Positions 31,101-39,685 of a stretch of DNA of 64,000 nt are shown here, piece after piece. How positions within the stretch are numbered: position 1 is the stretch's first letter; the number at the start of each line of letters is the position of its first letter. The stretch lies in assembly GCA_016718655.1 (NCBI GenBank), contig JADKCV010000015.1, positions 26,963 to 90,962 on the forward strand, written 5' to 3'. The translations under genes were made by a program, and so were the position numbers. The notes beneath the pieces were generated by a model. That model was not told the DNA's origin and ran no database searches. It saw only the letters and a list, made by a program, of their open reading frames with translations. This stretch comes from Flavobacteriales bacterium. Lineage in GTDB: Bacteria > Bacteroidota > Bacteroidia > Flavobacteriales_F > PHOS-HE28.

Positions 31101-31179
31101 CTACCATTTCAAGCGGCGTGCCAAACTCCTCGAAGCCCTGTTCCGGCGCGGTTGTATCCGGACCGCTACTTTTGCGCGG

Positions 31180-31827
31180 ATGCGTCGCGGAGCCTACCTT
31201 GTCGGTGTGGCAGGTGGCAGTGGATCAGGCAAGACCAGCTTGGTACGCGCCCTGCGAGAGCAATTACCTCCGGGGAGCGTTTGCGTGGTCTCACAGGACG
31301 ACTACTACCACCCCAAGGAACAACAGGCCATCGACCCGAATGGCAAGGTGAATTTCGACCTACCCTCTGCAGTGGATATGGAGGGACTTGCACGCGACCT
31401 GCGCGAACTGGTCGCTGGTCGTTCCATCCACCGCAAGGAATACACCTTCAACCAACCGGATAAGGAACCGGACCTGATCGAGCTACTGCCAGCACCTGTG
31501 ATCCTGGTCGAAGGGTTGTTCGTGTTGCATCATGAACCCGTTCGGGAGTTGTTCGACCTACGGGTGTTCATCGACGCCAGTGAGGGTGCTCAACTGGACC
31601 GGCGGCTTCGCCGCGACTCCCGTGAGCGAGGCTATGGGGAGGCGGAGATACTCTACCAATGGGAGCACCACGTACTACCCGCCTATCGGAACTACCTGCT
31701 CCCTTACCGGCACCTTTGCGACCTGCATGTGGTGAACGAGCTAGGTTTCGAACGTGCTGTCAACGTACTGCGCCACCACCTATTGCTCACGGCCGGGGTC
31801 GAGGAGCCGTTGGGTCAAGGCTTGTAG
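31180..31827 (+). CDS. udk: uridine kinase
   Basis: P-loop GVAGGSGSGKTS and DDYY uridine-kinase motif. Confidence 0.85.
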   Translation: MRRGAYLVGVAGGSGSGKTSLVRALREQLPPGSVCVVSQDDYYHPKEQQAIDPNGKVNFDLPSAVDMEGLARDLRELVAGRSIHRKEYTFNQPDKEPDLIELLPAPVILVEGLFVLHHEPVRELFDLRVFIDASEGAQLDRRLRRDSRERGYGEAEILYQWEHHVLPAYRNYLLPYRHLCDLHVVNELGFERAVNVLRHHLLLTAGVEEPLGQGL

Positions 31828-32408
31828 AGGCCGTTCTGCCTGATATGGCTGAGCACTTGTGGGTCCACCCAAGCATCCACTGCACGCCAGTTCGCAATAT
31901 CACTACGGATCCGAGTAGCGGATACCTCGACCAACGGCGCATTGGCCACCACCCGAACATGTGGATGGCCCACGAATATGGACGACGCCAAATGTTCCTT
32001 CATTCCATGGCGAGGATAGACCAACAAACGATGGTGTTCAAGGATATCCTCAGGGTCCTTCCATTGGTGGAAAGAAGCCAGATTATCACTACCGATGATG
32101 AGATCGAACGAATGATCGGGCCAACGATGTCGCATGAACCGAAGGCTATCCGCGGTGTAGCTGGGTTTGGGAAGGTCGATCTCGAACCCACTGGCCACCA
32201 CACCTTCATGCCCTTGTACGGCCAAACGGACCATGGCCAAACGGTGCGTATCAGGACTGATGGTACGCCCTTGTTTGAACGGATTCAACGGCGTGACAAC
32301 CAGCCAAACCTGGTCCAGCCCCATATGCTTGAGCATGTGGTTCGCGACAGCCAGATGACCAGCATGGGGCGGGTCGAAGGTCCCGAATAGGCAGCCGACG
32401 CGCATCAT
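31815..32408 (-). CDS. nadD: nicotinate-nucleotide adenylyltransferase
   Basis: GTFDPPHAGH (H/T)xGH motif; SATRIR motif near C-terminus. Confidence 0.85.
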   Translation of the reverse strand: MMRVGCLFGTFDPPHAGHLAVANHMLKHMGLDQVWLVVTPLNPFKQGRTISPDTHRLAMVRLAVQGHEGVVASGFEIDLPKPSYTADSLRFMRHRWPDHSFDLIIGSDNLASFHQWKDPEDILEHHRLLVYPRHGMKEHLASSIFVGHPHVRVVANAPLVEVSATRIRSDIANWRAVDAWVDPQVLSHIRQNGLYKP

Positions 32409-32989
32409 CCAAGGAATTGGGCTACTCGCTCCACTGCCAGGGAACAGGCCTGCTGCAGATCATCATTCACCAGGACGTGGTCGAACCGTGGCGCGAACGT
32501 CATCTCTTGGCGTGCCTTTTCAACCCTGGTCGTCAGAGTATCCTCACTCTCCGTACCCCGTGAACGAAGCCGCGCCTCGAGAACAGCGATACTCGGCGGA
32601 CTGACAAAGATGGCCAAGGACCGATCCTTGTAGATCTCCTTCAGGTGCAACCCACCGATCACGTCGATGTCGAAGATGGCATGGTGTCCTTCATTCCAGA
32701 TGCGCTCCACCTCACTGCGCAAGGTGCCATAGAACCTACCCGGGTATACCTCCTCCCATTCCACGAGGTCGCCTGCTTCCACGTGGGCTTTGAAGGCCTC
32801 TTCGGAAAGGAAGTGATAATCCCGGCCATCCACTTCATTGGAACGCGGAGGGCGAGTGGTCGCGCTCACACTGAAGGCCAAACCCATGTCTTGAGCGAGA
32901 AGGTGTTTGACGATGGTCGTCTTTCCAGCACCCGACGGGGCGGAAAGGATCACACACTTCCCGGAATTGTAGGGTAACGCTTGGCTCAC
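32405..32989 (-). CDS. gmk: guanylate kinase
   Basis: P-loop SAPSGAGKTT and TTRPPR guanylate-kinase signature. Confidence 0.9.
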   Translation of the reverse strand: MSQALPYNSGKCVILSAPSGAGKTTIVKHLLAQDMGLAFSVSATTRPPRSNEVDGRDYHFLSEEAFKAHVEAGDLVEWEEVYPGRFYGTLRSEVERIWNEGHHAIFDIDVIGGLHLKEIYKDRSLAIFVSPPSIAVLEARLRSRGTESEDTLTTRVEKARQEMTFAPRFDHVLVNDDLQQACSLAVERVAQFLG

Positions 32990-33855
32990 AGTACGTTCAG
33001 CACTTGTTCCTTGATCTTCTCCAGCTCATCCTTCATATGGACGACCAGCCGTTGAAGGGTGGCATCGTTGGCCTTTGAGCCCAAGGTGTTGATCTCCCTT
33101 CCCATCTCCTGAGCGATGAAGCCCAGCTTACGACCTTGTTGCTCATCGGCCACCAAGGTCTCCATGAAGTAGGTACAATGGGAACTCAGACGGACCTTCT
33201 CCTCCGTAACGTCCAACTTCTCCAAGTAATACACGAGCTCCTGTTCGAACCGGTCCGCATCAACTTGTACTTGGAGCTCAGCAAGCTTGCTCCGAAGCCG
33301 CTCGCGTGTGCGTTCTGTCCGCTTTGGGTCGAGAAGTGCCACTTCGCTCAACAGTGCTGAGATATGTTCCACGCGGGACCTCAACTCATCCCTCAGTCGA
33401 TCACCCTCACTTGTACGGAACCCGTCAAAGGAATCAACGGCTTTGTGGATCAAGTTCAACACTTGCTGCCATTCGCCTTCCTGGAGTTTCTCGGTAGGTG
33501 GCTGGGTCACCTCAGGCATACGCAGCGCCTGAGCGAACAGGTCCGTATCCGCGTCTGGTGCAAGATCGGCCGCGATCGACCTCAGTTCTGCAAAATATGA
33601 ACGCAAGAGTTCCCTGTCGATGCTGGTGCGCGTCCTCCCTTGGTTTCGTTCACAGGTCACCACCAATTCCACCTTACCCCGTACCAATCGCTCACTGGCC
33701 CAATGACGCAACTCAGCTTCGTGCTCTTTGTACAATGAAGGGACCTTCAGCAGCAGATCGAGCTGCTTGCTGTTCAGGGAGCGCACCTCGATGGTGACCT
33801 TACGGTCGTTGACCACTCCTTCCGAGCGACCGAACCCTGTCATGGATCGAAGCAT
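32986..33855 (-). CDS. yicC: YicC/YloC family stress-induced protein
   Basis: MTGFGR N-terminus and C-terminal DUF1732-like helix (SKANDATLQRLVVHMKDELEKIKEQVLN). Confidence 0.85.
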   Translation of the reverse strand: MLRSMTGFGRSEGVVNDRKVTIEVRSLNSKQLDLLLKVPSLYKEHEAELRHWASERLVRGKVELVVTCERNQGRTRTSIDRELLRSYFAELRSIAADLAPDADTDLFAQALRMPEVTQPPTEKLQEGEWQQVLNLIHKAVDSFDGFRTSEGDRLRDELRSRVEHISALLSEVALLDPKRTERTRERLRSKLAELQVQVDADRFEQELVYYLEKLDVTEEKVRLSSHCTYFMETLVADEQQGRKLGFIAQEMGREINTLGSKANDATLQRLVVHMKDELEKIKEQVLNVL

Positions 33856-33895
33856 GTGCGCGATTAGGCCGCAAAGGTAACGGGGTCATCAACGT

Positions 33896-34822
33896 TCAGG
33901 TTGTAGCTCCTTTACGACCGACCATGTGTACACCGAGGAAAATGGCAAAGGCACTAAGGCCCTGTACGACCCCCAGGTCCAAAGTTCGGACAACGATCAC
34001 CCCGGAACGCGCATCGCCGAACCGCACGAACAACCAGGTCAGCCCAAGGGCAAGCAAAGGCTGGAGGTAGATGTAACTACCCACCACGCTTGGCTCCACC
34101 ACGCCCATTGCCCAAGTATTGAGCAAATAAGCCACGAACGTGACCATCACCACCACGAAGAGCAGAGCAGCCCGGACCGGCAGGTCGAGTTCCGTCCAAT
34201 GAACCGCGTTGAGCTCCGACCATCCGAAGGGAGCGACCATGACAAGGCCGAAAAGAAAACACCAGGCCATGACGGTGATCGCGTCGTACTTGCGCATCAA
34301 TGGCTTCACGATAACGAGGAAAAGGCCATAGGAGGTGGCATTCATCAGAATGAAGAGGTCCCCCAAGGAGGACGCTCCGCTGTCGCCTTCATGTCTCCCG
34401 ATGACGATCAATGTGAGCGCACCGGATGCACCTAGCACGATGCCCGACACCTTGGTCCACGTTACACGTTCACCGAGCAGCGCGGCGGAGAGCACCAATA
34501 CAAGCACCGGGGTGGTCACCATGATGATGCTGGAATTGATGGGCGTGGTGCGCATCAACCCATGGAAGAACATCAATTGGTTGAGCGCCACTCCGAAGAA
34601 CGCACACGTTACCAAACGGAGGAGATCGGACGGGTCGACGCGTTGAGGGCGGAACGCGAATACCGACCAGAAGAGCACCACTGCACCGATCACACGCAAC
34701 AGGATGAAACCAGAAGGGCCTATCACACCTGGCATGAGACCCTTCGCCACCACGTAGTTCATGCCGTAGATCAGGTTGACCAGGAAAAGGGCGATGTGTG
34801 CCTTGGTCTGACGAGGTCGCAT
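33896..34822 (-). CDS. DMT-superfamily (EamA) transporter
   Basis: 10-TM protein with duplicated EamA halves. Confidence 0.75.
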   Translation of the reverse strand: MRPRQTKAHIALFLVNLIYGMNYVVAKGLMPGVIGPSGFILLRVIGAVVLFWSVFAFRPQRVDPSDLLRLVTCAFFGVALNQLMFFHGLMRTTPINSSIIMVTTPVLVLVLSAALLGERVTWTKVSGIVLGASGALTLIVIGRHEGDSGASSLGDLFILMNATSYGLFLVIVKPLMRKYDAITVMAWCFLFGLVMVAPFGWSELNAVHWTELDLPVRAALLFVVVMVTFVAYLLNTWAMGVVEPSVVGSYIYLQPLLALGLTWLFVRFGDARSGVIVVRTLDLGVVQGLSAFAIFLGVHMVGRKGATT

Positions 34823-34879
34823 ACGATCGAACGGATACCTTTAGACCCGTCGGCACAGGTTCGGCAGCGAAGATATCGG

Positions 34880-36091
34880 ATGAGCGAGGCGAAGGCAGGC
34901 ACCGATGAGAAGGACATCCGGAGGAACTTTCGGATGCGCAAGGTGCTGCTTCCGGTACTGATCGGCATGTTCGCTGCAGGCTGGTTATTGTGGCGTGATC
35001 TGCGCACGGAACGGTTTGAACTGGTCGGCCAAGGAACTGGCACCCACACTTGGGTGGATGTCAACCGCAACGGGCTCGTTGATCATGGTGACCCCACTGA
35101 GTTCGAGGTCGCTTCGGAAGGTCAGGGTGTGTACGGAAGGATGTCCGTACGGGAAACGTTGTTCCGGATCGAATGGACCTGGGCCAGTACGGGTTGGATA
35201 CTGCTCGCATTGTTGGCCACGGCATTCCGCGACCTGGGATACATCTTCCGCATCCGGGTCCTATCAGATGGTCATCTGACGTGGCGTCAGGCCTTCAATG
35301 TCACCTTCCTATGGGAGTTCGCATCCGCGCTCACCCCATCCGTGGTGGGAGGTTCAGGGATCGCCATGTTCATCATCGGGCGGGAAGGCATAGCGCTGGG
35401 ACGTGCCACGGCCATCGTATTGGTCACGGCCTTGATGGACGAGCTTTTCTACGTGGTGATGGTGCCTGTGGTGTTCTTGCTGGTAGGTCTTCAGGACCTC
35501 TTCCCCGCAGAATTGGACCATACGTTCTGGGGACTTCCGATCAAGACCATCTTCGGCATCGGCTATGGGTTCATCCTCCTCTTGGTGCTAGCCATATTCT
35601 ACGGGGTCTTCTTCCGTCCCCGGGCATTCAAATTCGCCTTGCTCCGGGTGTTCAAGCTGCCCTTTCTGCGGCGTTGGCGACCCTTGGTCATCAAAGTGGG
35701 CGATGATATCGTGACCACCTCTGAGGAGCTACGAGGTAAGCCCAAGCGTTTCTGGGGAAAAGCCTTCGCGGCCACGTGTTTCTCTTGGGCGAATCGGTTC
35801 GTGGTGATCAATCTGATCGTGGCTGCGTTCTTCACTGTGAACGACCATTTGCTGCTTTATGCGCGACAATTGATCATGTGGGTCATCCTGCTCATCAGTC
35901 CCACCCCGGGAGGAAGCGGCATCGCCGAGATCGCGTTCTCCGGCTTCTTCAAGGACCTGCTTCCGGCGGTGGGTTACATCGGCGCCATTGCTATCATTTG
36001 GCGGTTGCTCAGCTATTACCTGTACCTGTTCATCGGCACAGTGGTCCTCCCCCGTTGGTTGCGCCGGACCCGATGGAACGGGACCACGTGA
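34880..36091 (+). CDS. UPF0104 / lysylphosphatidylglycerol-synthase-TM-domain (flippase-like) membrane protein
   Basis: Start MSEAKAG; 8 TM helices with conserved GGSGIAMFI and PGGSGIAEIAF motifs. Confidence 0.6.
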   Translation: MSEAKAGTDEKDIRRNFRMRKVLLPVLIGMFAAGWLLWRDLRTERFELVGQGTGTHTWVDVNRNGLVDHGDPTEFEVASEGQGVYGRMSVRETLFRIEWTWASTGWILLALLATAFRDLGYIFRIRVLSDGHLTWRQAFNVTFLWEFASALTPSVVGGSGIAMFIIGREGIALGRATAIVLVTALMDELFYVVMVPVVFLLVGLQDLFPAELDHTFWGLPIKTIFGIGYGFILLLVLAIFYGVFFRPRAFKFALLRVFKLPFLRRWRPLVIKVGDDIVTTSEELRGKPKRFWGKAFAATCFSWANRFVVINLIVAAFFTVNDHLLLYARQLIMWVILLISPTPGGSGIAEIAFSGFFKDLLPAVGYIGAIAIIWRLLSYYLYLFIGTVVLPRWLRRTRWNGTT

Positions 36092-36129
36092 ACACGCGAC
36101 CTACCTTCGCGCCGATAATGTAGCAACGC

Positions 36130-37272
36130 ATGAAATTCGGAACGAAGGCCATCCACGCCGGTGTGGAACCCGACCCTACCACCGGGGCGATCATGACCCC
36201 CATCTACCAGACCAGCACCTATGTGCAGGCCGCACCTGGGGACCATAAGGGATATGAATACAGCCGTACGCACAATCCCACGCGTACAGCCTTACAGAAC
36301 GCCCTCGCCGCATTGGAGAACGGATCCCATGGCCTGTGTTTCAGCAGTGGCATGGCCAGTATAGACGCAGTGGTGAAGCTTTTGGGGCCCGGGGACGAGG
36401 TGATAAGCACGAATGACCTGTATGGAGGGACCTATCGGCTATTCACCAGGATATTCGAGGGTTTCGGGGTGAAGTTCCGTTTCGTGGACATGGGTGACCT
36501 CCGCAACGTCGAGGCTGCCATCACTCCGAAGACCAAGCTCATCTGGGCTGAGACGCCCACCAATCCGCTCTTGCGTATCATCGATATCGCGGGTCTTGGT
36601 GAGCTTGCCCGGAAACAAGGCTGCCTACTTGGGGTGGACAACACATTTGCGAGTCCCTACTTGCAGACCCCTATCGACCTGGGTGCCGACATCGTGATGC
36701 ACAGTGTGACCAAGTATCTGGGTGGTCACAGTGACGTGGTCATGGGCGCATTGGTGGTGAAGGACGCCGAACTGGCCGAACGACTTGCATTCATCCAGAA
36801 CAGCAGTGGTGCGACACCTGGTCCCATGGACTGTTTTCTTGTGCTGCGCGGCCTGAAGACGCTGCATCTACGCATGCAACGCCATTGTGAGAACGGTAAG
36901 GCCGTAGCGGAGTGGCTCCTTTCACACCCCAGTGTGGACCATGTCTATTGGCCCGGCTTCACCACCCATGCCAATCACGAGGTGGCTGCTCGTCAGATGC
37001 GTGGATACGGCGGAATGATCAGTTTCACCCTGAAGGGGGATACCATGGCTGACGCAACACGGGTGCTCAGCGGCACAAAGCTCTTTTCCTTGGCTGAAAG
37101 TCTGGGTGGTGTGGAATCCTTGCTCGGCCACCCCGCGAGTATGACGCACGCCAGCATTCCGCGTGAGGAGCGATTGCGCAACGGTCTTGCGGACACGCTG
37201 ATCCGTCTCAGCGTGGGTCTGGAGGACGCGGAGGACCTGATCGCGGACCTGGATCAGGCCTTGAGGCCCTGA
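36130..37272 (+). CDS. PLP-dependent transsulfuration enzyme (cystathionine gamma-synthase / beta-lyase family)
   Basis: 380 aa; Cys/Met metabolism PLP family with Lys in MHSVTKYLGGHSDV. Confidence 0.85.
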   Translation: MKFGTKAIHAGVEPDPTTGAIMTPIYQTSTYVQAAPGDHKGYEYSRTHNPTRTALQNALAALENGSHGLCFSSGMASIDAVVKLLGPGDEVISTNDLYGGTYRLFTRIFEGFGVKFRFVDMGDLRNVEAAITPKTKLIWAETPTNPLLRIIDIAGLGELARKQGCLLGVDNTFASPYLQTPIDLGADIVMHSVTKYLGGHSDVVMGALVVKDAELAERLAFIQNSSGATPGPMDCFLVLRGLKTLHLRMQRHCENGKAVAEWLLSHPSVDHVYWPGFTTHANHEVAARQMRGYGGMISFTLKGDTMADATRVLSGTKLFSLAESLGGVESLLGHPASMTHASIPREERLRNGLADTLIRLSVGLEDAEDLIADLDQALRP

Positions 37273-37360
37273 CCGGAACAAGCCAGCAATCCAAACATGG
37301 TGGTCGTGAGCCTCCTGCTTGGAGCCTGAACACAACTACCTTGCACGTGTTCCATTTCCG

Positions 37361-39445
37361 ATGCGCTACTCCCTGCTCCTATCTAGCTTGTTCGTACCAG
37401 GACTTATCATCGCGCAAGCCAGCGCGATGGACCCTGCACAAGGATTCACCTGCCGAACTCACGATCATGCGGAGATGGAACATTTCCGCACCTCCGATCC
37501 CCAAGGTTGGCAGGAAGCCGTCGAAGCGCGCATTGCATTGGATGAACGTGCCCGTCAACTCGGGTTGGAAGAGCTTCGTGGCGGAGGGGAGGGCTACATC
37601 ATACCAGTGGTGTTCCACATCATCCACGACAATGGCCCCGAGAATATCAGTGACGCGCAGGTCCATGACGCTATCCGAGTGATGAACGACGACTTCAACC
37701 GGATGAACCCCGATTGGGTAACCGTCCGTCCCGACTTTGTGGACCTCGTAGCCGATGTGGGCATCGAATTCCGGCTAGCACAACTGGACCCCCAAGGCAA
37801 CTGCACGAACGGGATCACACGAACGGAATCGGACCTGACCTATGAGGGGGACCAAGCGATGACCCAGCTGATCCAATGGCCCCGGAACCGATACATGAAC
37901 ATCTGGGTTGGAGCATCTGCGAACGGTGCCGCCGGATACACCAACTATCCATGGGTGTTCAACAATTCCCCACAGAACGACGGAATCGTCGTCAAGTACG
38001 ACTACGTGGGTAGCATCGGGGCCGGATCCCCTGGCCGGTCGCGCACGCTCACCCATGAAGTGGGCCACTGGCTGAACCTGAGGCACTGCTGGGGCAATAG
38101 CAATGACCCTGGATTGGAAGAGAATTGTTCCGAGGATGATGACGTGGAGGACACACCGCTCACCATTGGATGGACAGCTTGCATCGTCAGCGGTTCTTCA
38201 TGTGGATCTCCGTTGGATAATGTGGAGAACTACATGGAATACTCCTATTGTTCCAAGATGTTCACGACTGGCCAAGCAACACGGATGTTGGCGGCACTGA
38301 CATCCACGATCGCGCAACGGAATTCGCTCTGGCAGCCTGGGAACCTGGCAATGACCGGTGTGTTCGAAGAACCTCAACTCTGTAAGGTACAATTGCGAGC
38401 CTCCGACCGGGAGGTCTGCGCAGGCACCACGATCACTTTCGTTGATGAGAGCTACAGCAATGTCCAAGAGCGCACGTGGTCCTTTCCGGGGGGGGAGCCT
38501 GCTTCGAGCACCGAAGTAGCTCCTCTGGTCACCTACACCACTCCAGGGGTCTATCCGGTGTCGCTCACTGTGAGTGATGGTGTCCTGGCGTTGAGTTACG
38601 AGGAGCCGTCATACATCGTTGTGGTACCTGACACGGGTGCTTCCTGGCCGCTTCAGGAATCATTCGAAGGGTTGAGTGAATTGGCACTTCCCGATTGGCG
38701 GGTGGAGGATGAGGACAACAATGGAACTTTCGAACTGACCAGCACTGCGGCCTTCTCCGGCTCCCGATCCATACGATTGGGCAATGGTGCCGCTCAATCC
38801 GGCACTGTCGACGCGTTGATCTCGAGCACTTACAATGTTTCCGACCTGGGTTCAATGGTGATCGGGTTCCGTTACGCATTTGCTCGCCGACAGCCGTGGA
38901 ACGATGATGTGCTTAGAATGTATGTCAGCACCACGTGCGGGGCCACCTGGTCTCCCAGAAAGACCTTGCGAGCCAGTCTGGATCTGGCCACGGCACCGGA
39001 CCAAGGTGGGGTATTTGTTCCGGATACGGATGAATGGGGGATCGCAGAGGCCACGTCCTTCGGGCCCACCACCTTCGTCCCTGATCTTCGTATCAAGTTC
39101 GAGTTGACCAGCAATGGCGGCAATTACCTGTATTTGGACGATATCAACATCAACGGAGTGCCATTGAGCACCACGGTCGAAGAGGCCGTCGAAACGAATG
39201 GCATTCATCTAGCACCGAACCCGGCCAATGAGCGTTGCCTGTTGTACACAGGTCCCGGTCCGCTGGAGCCCGCTACCCTTACGCTGTACGATGCCGTTGG
39301 CAAGGCGCTGCATACCCGCACAGGGTACTTGGGTGGGAATGGTCGGGTGGAATTCGAATTGAACGATCATGCCCCTGGCCTATACTGGGTGGTAGTGCAC
39401 TCCACATCCGGAAGAAGCAGCCATCGATTGATCATTCAGCGCTAG
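37361..39445 (+). CDS. M43 (pappalysin/cytophagalysin-like) zinc metalloprotease with choice-of-anchor-J domain and T9SS type-A C-terminal domain
   Basis: Start MRYSLLLSSLFVPGLIIAQASA; HEVGHWLNLRHCWG HExxHxxxxxH motif; C-terminal ...GLYWVVVHSTSGRSSHRLIIQR. Confidence 0.85.
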   Translation: MRYSLLLSSLFVPGLIIAQASAMDPAQGFTCRTHDHAEMEHFRTSDPQGWQEAVEARIALDERARQLGLEELRGGGEGYIIPVVFHIIHDNGPENISDAQVHDAIRVMNDDFNRMNPDWVTVRPDFVDLVADVGIEFRLAQLDPQGNCTNGITRTESDLTYEGDQAMTQLIQWPRNRYMNIWVGASANGAAGYTNYPWVFNNSPQNDGIVVKYDYVGSIGAGSPGRSRTLTHEVGHWLNLRHCWGNSNDPGLEENCSEDDDVEDTPLTIGWTACIVSGSSCGSPLDNVENYMEYSYCSKMFTTGQATRMLAALTSTIAQRNSLWQPGNLAMTGVFEEPQLCKVQLRASDREVCAGTTITFVDESYSNVQERTWSFPGGEPASSTEVAPLVTYTTPGVYPVSLTVSDGVLALSYEEPSYIVVVPDTGASWPLQESFEGLSELALPDWRVEDEDNNGTFELTSTAAFSGSRSIRLGNGAAQSGTVDALISSTYNVSDLGSMVIGFRYAFARRQPWNDDVLRMYVSTTCGATWSPRKTLRASLDLATAPDQGGVFVPDTDEWGIAEATSFGPTTFVPDLRIKFELTSNGGNYLYLDDININGVPLSTTVEEAVETNGIHLAPNPANERCLLYTGPGPLEPATLTLYDAVGKALHTRTGYLGGNGRVEFELNDHAPGLYWVVVHSTSGRSSHRLIIQR

Positions 39446-39660
39446 GCCGAGCATGCGGTAGGCAACTCAGCCTTCCAAGTATCGACACGCTGCAATTCGT
39501 TATTCATCGTGAAAGACGGGAGATCCGTCGAAGTTCCTAAAGAACTTGCCCGTTGATCGATCAGCCGGACACATCAAAGGGAAGCGCAACTTCATCAACT
39601 TGGACCAAGGAACGGTACCGGTTGGCCAGGCTGTGAACCTACTGAGGGGGCGACACGTTG

Positions 39661-39668
39661 TAAGTTTG
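39661..39668 (+). promoter_or_regulatory. Bacteroidetes sigma-A -7 element TAAGTTTG (TAnnTTTG) for the second M43 gene
   Basis: Perfect consensus 18 nt upstream of ATG 39686 in an AT-richer intergenic region. Confidence 0.5.
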
Positions 39669-39685
39669 TGATCGGAACACCCCTC

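Noticed and set aside
31167-31174. TACTTTTG -7-like box 5 nt before the udk ATG
   Set aside because: Spacing to the nearest upstream TTG is only 12 nt and the motif would imply a leaderless transcript; too speculative to call as a feature.
30633-31463. 276-aa plus-strand ORF spanning the structured leader and the udk start
   Set aside because: Arg/Cys/Trp-rich, overlaps udk in another frame; the minus-strand features (terminator, K-rich ORF) explain the region better.
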